A DNA stretch of 63,685 nucleotides, filler included, from Lophium mytilinum (taxonomy: Eukaryota), in NCBI GenBank assembly GCA_010093605.1. It is 19 parts of 5 records of this genome, joined end to end, with 100 filler letters (N's around TTAATTAATTAA, not from the genome) between each part and the next. Parts side by side here need not be neighbours in the genome. Positions count along the whole stretch, not along the records: positions 13,953 to 20,076 come from MU004191.1; positions 20,177 to 23,168 come from MU004192.1; positions 23,269 to 24,699 come from MU004192.1; positions 24,800 to 26,087 come from MU004192.1; positions 26,188 to 35,798 come from MU004192.1; 14 more parts are not named here. One strand, written 5' to 3'. How positions within the stretch are numbered: position 1 is the stretch's first letter; every line of letters begins with the position of its first letter. Below are positions 13,953 to 27,099 of the stretch, in pieces. A program made the position numbers and the translations under genes. The notes under the pieces are model-generated. The model was not told the origin of the DNA. It saw only the letters and a list, made by a program, of their open reading frames with translations, and did no database searches.

Positions 13953-16900
13953 TAATCTACCTCTACTAATTTTAAGCTATACTTAAGAATTAGCCTTATA
14001 GTATACTATAATAGGTAAACCTAAGTATTACTAACCTATATATATTCTAGAGGCGTAGCCTATAAAATATAACTATATAATTCTACTACTTCTAGAAAGG
14101 CTAAATCTATAAAAAGAAGCGCGCTAACCTAGTTATTAAAGCGCAAGCTATAAGAAATAGAGAGAGAGTAGAAACTACTAAGTAGAGCCTCTAGAAAGCG
14201 CTACCTAGAGTAGTAAAGAGCTATAAGAGAGAGAGATATATAGGCTAGTTAAATATAAACTATAGTTAGCCTAGCACTAGTAGAGGTAAGTAAGTAGATA
14301 AGAAATATAATAAATATATAGGTAGATAATACTAGTCTTTCTAGATAGATTAAAGTAGGCATTCTCTATATAAAGGCGGTGTGCGCGCTAGTAGAGGGGC
14401 TAGAGGGTAAGAGTACTTATTTAGTAAGAAAGAGAGTAGATAAGTAAGCTATTCTATAGTATAAGCTAAATTAGTAATACTTATAAAAAGGGTAGATAGT
14501 AAAAAGATATATAAACTAGTACTACTATCTACTAGCTTATAGGGCGCAACTTTAGTAGATAATAAGCTACTATTAAAGGTAGAGAGGCGCGTAGTAGCTT
14601 AGATAATAATAAGTAGTATAGTACCTTCTTAGATAGCTATAGCTAACTTCTCTTTCTATTCTAAGAATCTTAATCTATTAGCTACTAATCTAGTAGAGCT
14701 TATAATACTAACTTAAATAATAGAGGGGGGCACCTATATATAGAAATTAGCCTTTCTCCCTATATTAACTAACCTAGGTAAGTAGAAAGTAATATTAGAT
14801 AGAAGTTATTACTAGTCTATTAAGTATTACTAAAAGCTAATAGGTGTAAATAAATATTAAGGTAGAGGCTAATTAATACTAATTATTAGGTAGTAGAGTT
14901 TTTTAAGCTATATAACTCTTTACTTCTATTATATTATAATATAGCCTATTTACTAATTATATACTTAATTATGCGCCACTTTAAACTTTATCTTTTATCT
15001 AGCCTTTTAATTCTAATTCTTATCTACTATTCTTACCTATTTTTTCTTTCTTATTCTCCTTCTTCTCTATCTCTCTCTTTTCTCTCTTTCTTCTTTTTCT
15101 TCTCCCTTTTTTATATACTAACTTTTTTCTCTATACCTTAGGCTTACCTATACTTACTATATTTCTAGTACTACTCTATAAGTACTTCTTTAATAGATAT
15201 TATACCTATTTAAAAGTATAACTAAAAGTAGCTACTTCTATTACTAGCGCGCGCGGATTTATATATCTTCTACTATAGTTACCTTATTTTTTAATATGCG
15301 TAATTTTAAGGTTAATTATACTATAAGTAGTATCTACTATTATAACTTTATAAATAAGTAACTACCTTACTTATTACTTACTATTACTATTTATCTAATA
15401 TTATTAGCCTTCCGCCCGCCCTNNNNNNNNNNAGCTATTATTATAGAAGGTATAAGTTACTATAGTAGTAGCTACCTTCTAGAGGGTTAGAGTTAAGGCT
15501 AGTATAATATTAGGCTAATAATTAGATTAGAACTAAGTACTATTATATCTAGTAAGATATTAGTTATATTAAGAGGCTTTTATTTAAACGCGCATTTAAT
15601 AGCTAAATTACCTAGTAGAATATAGGTACTATATAGTAGTTAGTAATTAGTTCCCTAAATATTTAAGTATTACCCTATTATCTTTTTTATCTACTTTTAA
15701 TCTACCTCTACTAATTTTAAGCTATACTTAAAAGTTAGCCTTATAGTATACTATAATAGGTAAACCTAAGTATTACTAATCTATATATATTCTAGAGGTA
15801 TAGCCTATAAAATATAACTATATAATTCTACTACTTCTAGAAAAGCTAAATCCGCAAGAAGAAGCGTACTAACCTAGTTATTAGAGCGCAAGCTATAAAA
15901 GATAGAGAGAGAGCGGAAACTACTAAGTAGAGCCTCTAGAAAGCGCTATTTAGAGTAGTAAAGGGCTATAAAAGAGAGAGATATATAGGCTAGTTAAATA
16001 TAGACTATAGTTAGCCTAGCACTAGTAGAAGTAAGTAAGTAGATAAGAAGTATAATAAATATATAGGTAGATAATACTAGTTTTTCTAGATAGATTAAAG
16101 TAGGCGTTCTCTATATAGAGGTAGTATGCGCGCTAGTAGAGGGGCTAGAGGGTAAAAGTACTTATTTAGTAAGAAAGAAAGTAAATAAGTAAGCTATTCT
16201 ATAGTATAAGCTAAATTAGTAATACTTATAAAAAGGGTAGATAGTAAGAAGATATATAAATTAGTACTACTACCTATTAGCTTATAGGGTGTAACTTTAG
16301 TAGATAATAAGCTACTATTAAAAGTAAAGAGGCGCGTAGTAGCTTAGGTAATAATAAGTAGTATAGTACCTTCTTAGATAGCTATAGCTAACTTCTCTTT
16401 CTATTCTAAGAATCTTAACCTATTAGCTGCTAATTTAGTAGAGCTTATAACGCTAACTTAAATAATAAAGGGGGGCACCTATATATAGAAATTAGTCTTT
16501 CTCCCTATATTAACTAATCTAGGCAAGTAGAAGATAATATTAGATAGAAGTTATTACTAATCTATTAAGTATTACTAAAAGCTAATAGGTATAGATAAAT
16601 ATTAAAATAGAGGCTAATTATTACTAATTATTAGATAGTAGAGTTTTTTAAGCTATATAACTCTTTACTTCTATTATATTATAATATAGCCTATTTACTA
16701 ATTATATACTTAATTATATACTACTTTAAACTTTACCTTCTATCTAGCCTTTTAATTCTAATTCTTATCTACTATTCTTACCTATCTTTTCTCCCTTATC
16801 CTCCTCCTCCTCTATCTCTCTCTTTTCTCTCTCTCTTTTTTTTCTTCTTTCTTTCTTATATACTAACTTTCTTCTCTATACTTTAGACTTACCTATACTT

Positions 16901-19900
16901 ACTATATTTCTAGTACTACTCTATAAGTACTTCTTTAATAGATATTATACCTATTTAAAAGTATAACTAAAAGTAGCTACTTTTATTACTAGCGCGCGTG
17001 GATTTATATATCTTCTACTATAGTTACCTTATTTTTTAACGTGCATAATTCTAAGGTTAATTATACTATAAGTAGTGTCTACTATTATAACTTTATAGGT
17101 AAGTAACTACCTTACTTATTACTTACTATTACTATTTATTTAATATTATTAGCCTTCTACCCGCTCTTGCCTATATTACTATATAACGCTATTCTATCTA
17201 CTAACTCTACCCTCTTTTATCTATCTTTCTTATACCTTAACTTCTTATCTTATTTACCTAATATAGCTAAAGAATTAAGTTAATATACTAGTTACTAATA
17301 ACGCCTTTCTAATAATTAAAATAATAAGAAGTTTAATCTAGATAAATAGTTATTAAGTATAGACTTTAGTTAAGTAGACTATAATAGTAATTTAGAGCTA
17401 AATAAGCTAAATAACTACTATAGCCGCTAGCCTTTCTATAGTAGCTACTAACGCTCTAAACCTACTTAAAGAAAGGCTATAATACTTCTAATAGACCTAC
17501 TATATAATATATCTATATAGAGTAAGGCGGTATCTAATTTTACTAAGAATTCTAAAGGCTACTTAAGTTAAATAAATATTATAGCTAGCTTAGGTCTAGC
17601 TTCTAAGGTATAGCGCTAAATAGAAGCTAACTTATTTATATTAATAGAAAACTTTAAAGCGTATCTATAGATAAAATATCTCTTATAACTAGGCTAAAAT
17701 AACTATAGTAAGAATAACATCTACTTAAATACTTAGTCTAAAATATATATACTTTTTATAGATATATAAAGTTATATATTTAAAAAGTCTTCTATATTAG
17801 CTAAGTAGAAGTAAGTATATTAAATATTAATCTAGTATAAAGTCTATAAAAAATATAAGATATAGGGTAGTATTATTAAAAGTAATAAGAAGTAAAAGCG
17901 GTTTAAGTTAGCCTTATCTATAAAGTTAGTTATATTAGTAGGCCTTAGCTCTCTAATAAAATCCCTAGATATTACTACCTAAAATACTCTATTTAAGCCC
18001 TAGCTATTATATATAGTTCTTACTATAATATACTAGCTACTATAGTAGAAAAGTACTAGACGCCTTTTTACTCTCTATTTTATAAGGTCTAGTAGTAAAG
18101 GCCTAGAGCTAGAAGACTATAGCTTTATAAAGTTTCTAGAAGCTATTAATAGAACTTTTATAGACTNNNNNNNNNNNNNNNNNNNNNNNNNNNNNNNNNN
18201 NNNNNNNNNNNNNNNNNNNNNNNNNNNNNNNNNNNNNNNNNNNNNNNNNNNNNNNNNNNNNNNNNNNNNNNNNNNNNNNNNNNNNNNNNNNNNNNNNNNN
18301 NNNNNNNNNNNNNNNNNNNNNNNNNNNNNNNNNNNNNNNNNNNNNNNNNNNNNNNNNNNNNNNNNNNNNNNNNNNNNNNNNNNNNNNNNNNNNNNNNNNN
18401 NNNNNNNNNNNNNNNNNNNNNNNNNNNNNNNNNNNNNNNNNNNNNNNNNNNNNNNNNNNNNNNNNNNNNNNNNNNNNNNNNNNNNNNNNNNNNNNNNNNN
18501 NNNNNNNNNNNNNNNNNNNNNNNNNNNNNNNNNNNNNNNNNNNNNNNNNNNNNNNNNNNNNNNNNNNNNNNNNNNNNNNNNNNNNNNNNNNNNNNNNNNN
18601 NNNNNNNNNNNNNNNNNNNNNNNNNNNNNNNNNNNNNNNNNNNNNNNNNNNNNNNNNNNNNNNNNNNNNNNNNNNNNNNNNNNNNNNNNNNNNNNNNNNN
18701 NNNNNNNNNNNNNNNNNNNNNNNNNNNNNNNNNNNNNNNNNNNNNNNNNNNNNNNNNNNNNNNNNNNNNNNNNNNNNNNNNNNNNNNNNNNNNNNNNNNN
18801 NNNNNNNNNNNNNNNNNNNNNNNNNNNNNNNNNNNNNNNNNNNNNNNNNNNNNNNNNNNNNNNNNNNNNNNNNNNNNNNNNNNNNNNNNNNNNNNNNNNN
18901 NNGAGAAAGCGCTAGTAGAGAAAGCGCTAGTAGAAATAGTAAAAGTAAAGAAAGAAAGAAAGAAAAAAGAGATAAAAAAGAAAGAGATAAAGAAGAGAGA
19001 GCTAGTAGATATAGTAATAGTGGAGAAGGCTAAAAAGTAAATAAAATAGAAGAAGAGAGAGCTAGCTAAAACCGCAACTAAAGAGAAAGTAAAGAGGTAG
19101 AAATAGCTAGAAGAGATAGCGGAGTAAAAGAAATAAAGAAAGTAAAAACTACTAGTAGAGAAGAAGATATAGAAGCTATAAATAGAGAAGAAAGTATAAC
19201 TAATCTAATAAATACTTAATATTATCTAGCTATATACTAAGTTAATATATAATTCTATTTAGTCTAGTATTATCTATAATAAGGTTATATAGTAGCTTAG
19301 AGCGCTTAGGCCTAAAACTACTTAGTATTTAACTACCTAAAAATAACTCTATATACTTATAGTTACTATAGAGAGTAGCTAGACTATCTCTAGTAATACC
19401 TAAGTTATAGAGGATATAGTAATTAGTAGTATTAATATTATAGCTATGCTTAAATTTAATATATATAGTCTTAGTAAGACTAAACCCTCTATAGATATAA
19501 ATAAGATAATTATAGCTAATATAGAAAAGGTAGATGCTATTAATATTACTACTATAATAGCCCTAATATTAAGCTCTATAAAGAATATCTTAGTAGTAGT
19601 ATTTAAGAAGGTGCTATAGTTTTTTAGTTTATCTCTAATATATAGGAATTTTTCTAGTAATATAATCTTTAAGCTGCTAGAAATAACTACTAATTTAAAA
19701 ATATATATAGCTCTATACTAGATAGCCGGAATATATAGTATTATCTAAGGTCTTACTAGTAGAGTATATAGGCTAATTCTTATAGACCCCTCTAGAATAG
19801 AAAAAACTCTATAAATATTAATAGTATTTACTACTTATACTAGAAAGGCTAGTACTAATACTCTATATTCTAGTAGTATTAAAGGCTGCATTATTTAGCT

Positions 19901-20076
19901 TACTAAGAAGAGTCTACTAAATTAGACCTATAAGAAGGTAAAATACTAGCTAGATATTAAATATAAGAATAAGAATTTTAAGGTCTCTAGTAGAAGACTT
20001 TATATCTAGCGTATATATAAAAGTATTATAGAGGGTAACCTTACCCCTAAAGACTAGAAGAACCTTAAGCTTATCT
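13953..20076 (+). repeat. Additional direct copies of block B: 13953-15422 (~20636-22102), 15433-18166 (~20373-23105), 18903-20076 (SNF2 N-half, ~23408-24582)
   Basis: Near-identical collinear sequence with copy-specific transitions (compare 14101-14130, 15845-15874 and 20782-20812). Confidence 0.92.
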
Positions 20077-20176
20077 NNNNNNNNNNNNNNNNNNNNNNNN
20101 NNNNNNNNNNNNNNNNNNNNTTAATTAATTAANNNNNNNNNNNNNNNNNNNNNNNNNNNNNNNNNNNNNNNNNNNN

Positions 20177-21990
20177 TATTAGCCTTTACTATTCTAGACT
20201 ATATATTACTATTAGGCCTAATATATTTAAATAGTTAGTTAGTATTAGTATAGGTAGATACGCTTATATTCTAAATAAAATAGTTAGGGTTAGAAGAGAG
20301 GCTATAATTTAATAGTAAGTAGGTTATTAGAAGAGTTTAGGGCTTTAGTCTAATATACGCTGGTGGTATATTAGCTATTATTATAGAAGGCGTAAGTTGC
20401 TATAGCAGTAGCTACCTTCTAGAGAGTTAGAGTTAAGGCCGGTATAATATTAGGCTAATAATTAGATTAGAACTAAGTACTATTATATCTAGTAAGATAT
20501 TAGTCGCGTTAAGAGGCTTTTATCTAAATATATATCTAACAGCTAAATTACCTAGTAGAATGCAGGTACTATATAGTAGTTAATTAGTCTTCTAAATATC
20601 TAAGTATTACCCTATTATCTTTCTTATCTACTTTTAACCTACCTCTACTAATTTTAAGCTATACTTAAGAGTTAGCCTTATAGCATACTATAATAGGTAA
20701 ACCTAAGTATTACTAACCTATATATATTCTAGAGGCGTAGCCTATAAAATATAACTACGCAATTCTACTACTTCTAGAAAGGCTAAATCCGCAAGAAGAA
20801 GCGCGTTAACCCGGTTATTAGAGCGCGAGCTGTAAGAGATAGAAAGAGAGTAGAAACTACTAAGTAGAGCCTCTAGAAAGTGCTATCTAGAGTAGTAGAG
20901 AACTATAAGAGAGAGAAATATATAGGCTAGTTAAATATAGACTATAGTTAGCCTAGCGCTAGTAGGGGTAAGTAAGTAGATAAGAAGTATAATAAATATA
21001 TAGGTAGGTAACGCTAGTCTTTCTAGATAGATTAAAGTGGGTGTTCTCTATATAGAGGCGGTGTACGCGCTAGTAGAAAGGCTAGAGAGTAAGGGTACTT
21101 ATTTAGTAAGGGAGAGAGTAGGTAAGTAAGCTATTCTATAGTATAAGCTAAATTAGTAATACTTATAAGAAGGGTAGATAGTAAAAAGATATATAAATTA
21201 GTACTACTATCTACTAGCTTATAAGGCGCAACTTTAGTAGATAATAAGCTACTATTAGAGGTAGAGAGGCGCGTAGTAGCTTAGGCAATAATAAGCAGTA
21301 TAGTACCTTCTTAGGTAGCTGCAGCTAACTTCTCTTTCTATTCTAAGAACCTTAACCTATTAGCTGCTAATCTAGTAGAGCTTATAATACTAACTTAAAT
21401 AATAGGGGGGGGCACCTATATATAGAAATTAGCCTTTCTCCCTATATTAACTAACCTAGGCAAGTAGAAGGTAATATTAAATAGAAGTTATTACTAATCT
21501 ATTAAGTATTACTAAAAGCTAATAGGTATAGATAAATATTAAGATAGAGGCCAATTATTACTAATTATTAAATAGTAGAGTTTTTTAAGCTATATAACTC
21601 TTTACTTCTATTATATTATAATATAGCCTATTTACTAATTATATACTTAATTATGCGCTACTTTAAACTTTACCTTCTATCTAGCCTTTTAATTCTAATT
21701 CTTATCTACTATTCTTACCTATCTTTTTTTCCTTATCCTCCTTCTTCTCTATCTCTCTCTTTTCTCTCTCTCTTCTTCTTCTCCTCCCTCTCTTATATAC
21801 TAACTTTCTTCTCTACGCCTTAGGCTTACCTATACTTACTATATTTCTAGTACTACTCTATAAGTACTTCTTTAATAGATATTATATCTATTTAAAAGTA
21901 TAACTAAGAGTAGCTACTTCTATTACTAGCATGCGTGGATTTATATATCTTCTACTATAGTTGCCTTATTTTTTAACATGCGTAATTTTA
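20177..21990 (-). pseudogene. Degenerate unidentified ORF, divergent from the SNF2 gene, with a K/E/R-rich tract
   Basis: The pyrimidine-rich + strand at 21715-21800 reads as EKKRERKERDREE on -. It is conserved in the three block-B copies. No domain recognised. Confidence 0.45.
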
Positions 21991-22199
21991 AGGTTAATTA
22001 TACTATAAGTAGCGTCTACTATTATAACTTTATAGGTAAGTAACTACCTTACTTATTACTTACTATTACTATTTATCTAATATTATTAGCCTTCCGCCCG
22101 CCCTTGCCCGCATTACTGCATAACGCTATTCTATCTACTAACCCTACCCCCTCCCATCTACCTTTCTTATACTCTAACTTCTTATCTTATTTACCTAAT

Positions 22200-25100
22200 A
22201 TAGCTAAAGAATTAAGTTAATATACTAGTTACTAATAACGCCTTCCTAATAATTAAAATAATAAGGAGTTTAACCTAGATAAATAGTTATTAAGTATAGA
22301 CTCTAGTTAAGTAGACTATAATAGTAATTTAGAGCTAGATAAGCTAGATAACTACTATAGCCACCGGCCTTTCTATAGTAGCTGCTAATACTTTAGACCT
22401 ACTTAGAGGAAGACTATAATACTTCTAGTAGACCTACTATATAATATATCTATATAGAGTAAGGCGGTATCTAATTTTACTAAAAACTCTAAAGGCTACT
22501 TAAGTTAAATAAATATTATAGCTGGCTTAGGTCTAGCTTCTAAGGTATAGCGCTAGATAGAAGCTAACTTATTTATACTAATAGAGAACTCTAAAGCGTA
22601 CCTATAGGTAAAATATCTTTTATAACTAGGCTAAAATAACTATAGTAAGAATAATACCTACTTAGATACTTAGTCTAAAATATATATACTTTTTATAGAT
22701 ATATAGAGTTATATATTTAAGAAGTCTTTTATATTAGCTAAGTAGAAGTAAGTATATTAAATATTAATCTAGTATAAAGTCTATAAGAAATATAAGATAT
22801 AGGGTAGTATTATTAAAAGTAATAAGAAGTAGAAGCAGTTTAAGTTAGCCTTATTTACAAAGTTAGTTATATTAGTAGGCCTTAGCTCTCTAATAAAATC
22901 CCTAGATATTACTACCTAAAATACTCTATTTAAGCCCCAGCTATTATATATAGTCCTTACTATAATATACTAGCTACTATAGCGGAAAAGTACTAGACGC
23001 CTTTTTACTCTCTATCTTATAAGGTCTAGTAGTAAAGGCCTAGAGCTAGAAAACTATAGCTTTATAAAGTTTTTAGAAGCTATTAATAGAACTTTTATAG
23101 ACTTTAACCCTCTAGAGCACGTTATTATAGTTAATAGAACCTAGAAGTTAATAGAGAATAACTTCTATNNNNNNNNNNNNNNNNNNNNNNNNNNNNNNNN
23201 NNNNNNNNNNNNTTAATTAATTAANNNNNNNNNNNNNNNNNNNNNNNNNNNNNNNNNNNNNNNNNNNNAGAAGTAGAAATAGCTAGTAGATATAGTAAAA
23301 GAAGAGAAAGAAAAAAAGAAGAAAGAGCTAGCAGAAATAGCGAAAGTAGAGAGAGAAAAGAAAGAGAAAGAGAAGAAGGAAAAAGAGTTAGCGGAGAAAG
23401 AGCTGGCGGAGAAAGTGCTAGTAGAGAAAGCGCTAGTAGAAATAGTAAAAGTAAAGAAAAAAAGAAAGAAGAAAGAGATAAAGGAGAAAGAGATAAAGGA
23501 GAGAGAGCTAGTAGATATAGTAATAGCGGAGAAGGCTAAAAAGTAGATAGAATAGAAGGAGAGAGAGCTAGCTAAGACCGCAACTAAAGAGAAAGTAAAG
23601 AGGTAGAAATAGCTAGAAGAGATAGTAGAGTAAAAGAAATAAAGAAAGTAGAAACTACTAGTAGAGAAGAAGGTATAAAAGCTATAAATAGAGAAGAAAG
23701 CGTAACTAATCTAATAGATACTTAATATTATCTAGCTATATACTAAGTTAATATATAATTCTATTTAGCCTAGTATTATCTATAATAAGGTTATATAGCA
23801 GCTTAGAGCGCTTAGGCCTAGAACTATTTAGTATCTAACTACCTAAAAATAACTCTATGCGCTTATAGTTACTATAGAGAGCGGCTAGACTATTTCTAGT
23901 AATACCTAAGTTACAGGGGATATAGTAATTAGCAGCATTAATATTGCGGCTACGCTTAAATTTAATATATATAGTCTTAGTAAGACTAGACTCTCTATAG
24001 ATATAAATAAGATAATTATAGCTAATATAGAGAAGGTAGATACTATTAATATTACTACTATAATAGCCCTAATATTAAGCTCTATAAAGAATATCTTAGT
24101 AGTAGTATTTAAAAAGGTACTATAGTTTTTTAGTTTACCTCTAATATATAGGAATTTTTCTAGTAACGTAACCTTTAAGCTACTAGAAATAACTACTAAT
24201 CTAAAGATACATGCGGCCCTATACTAGATAGCTAGAACATATAGTATTATTTAAGGTCTCGCTAGTAGGGCGCGTAGACTAATTCTTATAAACTTCTCTA
24301 GAATAGAAAAAACTCTATAAATATTAATAGCATTTACTACTTATACTAGAGAGGCTAGTACTAATACTCTGCGTTCTAGTAGCGTTAAAGGCTGTATTAT
24401 TTAGCTTACTAAGAAGAGTCTACTAAATTAGACCTATAAGAAGGTAAAATACTAGCTAGATATTAAATATAAGAATAAGAATTTTAAGGTTCCTAGCGAA
24501 AGACTTTATATCTAGTATATATATAGAAGTATTATAGAGGGTAACCTTACCTCTAAAGACTAGAAGAATCTTAGGCCTATCTACTAAGAAATAAATAGTT
24601 AGGTATAGTATAAGCTAAATCTAAGAGTAAAAACCTACCTTATTATTATAAGCGCGGAGACCTTTAATAAAAAATATAATAAGAATTTAAACTTGCTAGN
24701 NNNNNNNNNNNNNNNNNNNNNNNNNNNNNNNNNNNNNNNNNNNTTAATTAATTAANNNNNNNNNNNNNNNNNNNNNNNNNNNNNNNNNNNNNNNNNNNNA
24801 GTTCTACCTAGAATTTAATAATATATCTCTATATATTATAGCTTTTAGCTATATTAAGTCTATATAGTGTTAGCATGCATTCCACCTAACTATATATAAA
24901 TAGGTAAATATTAACTATATACTTAATTAGGTTTATTAGGGCTAGAACTTAGAAGGGTTTAATAAGGCTACTAATCTATATAGCTACCCTAGAGGCTTAT
25001 TTTATAGTAGGACTTCTTTTCTCTATGGCCCTAAAACTCTATTATATCTAATAGTTATACTATATAGAGGTTTATAGATACTAACTTAGATAGTAGATCT

Positions 25101-26550
25101 AACTAACTTAAACGCTAATATTAAAGACAACCTAGATAATACTCTTCTAGATAAGGAGTTAGAGGAAGAGAATATAGATAAAGGGGATAAGTTTAATATT
25201 CTTTATTAAGGCCCTACCCTCTAGCGTATTAATTAAGAAGACCTTATAGGGGCTAGAGGTTACTACCTTATCTTAAAAATAGAGAAAGAGCGGCAACTAT
25301 AGAATAATTCTAAATTATCTAGGCGTCTCTAGAGAGTGTTAAATATAATTACAGCTATAAGTATCCGCAGAACGCTAATAAGCCTTAGCCTAAATAGCCT
25401 TTCCTTAGGGGATATACTACTCTATATTATATAGTAGATAATAGTTAGTATACCTAACCGCTTTAAACCCTTTATTAAGGAGTACTATATAGTTATTAGA
25501 GAGAGATACGTAGACCTTAAAAAAGAGTATAAAGAATAGCTAAGGCATAGAGTAGTAATTAATAAGCTACTGCCTTTCTTTAGCCTAGGCGCCTTTCTAA
25601 TAGGCTTAGGTAAGGGGAGGCTACCCCGGATTTTTATATTAATTTCTAGGCTAGCTAAGTTAAAAATATAATAGAAAGAGCTTAGCTTAATAAGTAACCT
25701 AATCTTTACTCTAGAAGATATTAAAAATGCGGGCTAGATAGATTATATAGACTTAGAGAGTACCCTTGCTAAATAGTATACTAACCTACTAGCTAATTTA
25801 GGAAAGCTAAAGAAGATTAGAAGCATAGTTTAATATATTTAAGCTAAGAAGAAAAAGATACTAATTATTAGCGAGAAGCCTATAGTTAATTTAGTTATCT
25901 ATATTATAAGTTGCCACCCATCTCTATCTATAATTAGCGATTATTATCTAATAAACTAATATAATTAACACTAGATAATTATAAAGACTATGCTAACTAA
26001 AAAGCTTATATAGTTATATTTATTACTAATAGTTAAGTAATAGAAGTAATTTAATACTAGCTTTAAGCGTAATTAAGATAATCTAGCNNNNNNNNNNNNN
26101 NNNNNNNNNNNNNNNNNNNNNNNNNNNNNNNTTAATTAATTAANNNNNNNNNNNNNNNNNNNNNNNNNNNNNNNNNNNNNNNNNNNNAGTAATTTAATAC
26201 TAGCTTTAAGCGTAATTAAGATAATCTAGCAGCTGTTAATATTCTAGTTATAAACTAGAAGACTAGAAGAGTAGAAGGCTTTAACTTTACTTTTTAATAT
26301 ACGTGCATAATAGTTGTAGAGCTATAGACTGCATCTAGCCTTAAGGTATAAATTATATCTAGAGTATAGTAGAAGAACTAGAGGTCTAATAGAATATATA
26401 GTATTATTCTTACCTATATAGAGGGTAATAACCTAGTAGATACGCTAGCTTAGTTCTATATAGTTAATAATAATAAGTTTATATATAAGATTATATAAAG
26501 TGTACTAAAAAAGAAGAAAAACTAAGGAACTATTAGTACTAAGGTAACTA
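22200..26550 (+). pseudogene. RIP-inactivated SNF2/SWI2-family (SF2) helicase-ATPase with N-terminal K/E-rich coiled coil
   Basis: Motif I de-RIPed from several copies as GLILxDPPGxGKTLQ (~24270-24320; the copy at 61455-61495 on - reads ILIDPPKIGKTL*). Motif II FFNKFY = FFDEFH, seen in the - copy at 36947-36965. IRRT...LP at ~25360-25420. (S)GKL...KMLIISEKP at 25798-25880. GGxEGFNF...VEP...E.Q..SR..R.NQ at 26255-26380. Probable intron ~25905-25974. K/E-rich tract 23269-23700. Start position is approximate. Confidence 0.85.
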
Positions 26551-27099
26551 CTAAATGCACTAATTATATAGTGTATATAGTTCTATAGTAGACATTATAA
26601 AATAAACTATTTTAACTTCTACTTCTATAATATACCTGTAATTACCGCGTTAATAAGTATACTATATCTATAGTAGGTCTACTATAGACTGCCTATTTTT
26701 AATATTAATATAATCCACTTAACTATATACTCGCCGCAAGGCTTAGGTATTAGTAGTGTAAGCCTTAAATATAATTTAAGGCCTAAGTATTAGTAATATA
26801 AACTATAGTATTATATAGGTAAATATCTATATAGCGGCGCTAATACTCTATAGGCCCGCATATATTATTAGTAATATTCTTACACGTTATAAGGTATAGA
26901 AAGGTTATAAGAACTCTCTATTCTACTATTCTAATCTAGACTATAGAATATTAGTAGATAGTATATATCTAATCTTACTTATATTTCTAATAAAGAAATT
27001 TAAATAGAGCAGCCTATAAATTAGAGTATACTATAGGCCCGTAGTAGTATAATTTAGTGCCGTATACACGTACTAGCTAAAAGAAAATAGGTAGAAAAG

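Noticed and set aside
13953..18166. True tandem array of block B (likewise block A at 41561-45508)
   Set aside because: The copies are distinct in sequence, but every junction is an N gap, so tandem arrangement cannot be supported.
26045..26230. 43-bp direct repeat flanking the gap
   Set aside because: An identical overlap of contig ends across a linker; an assembly artefact, not a TSD.
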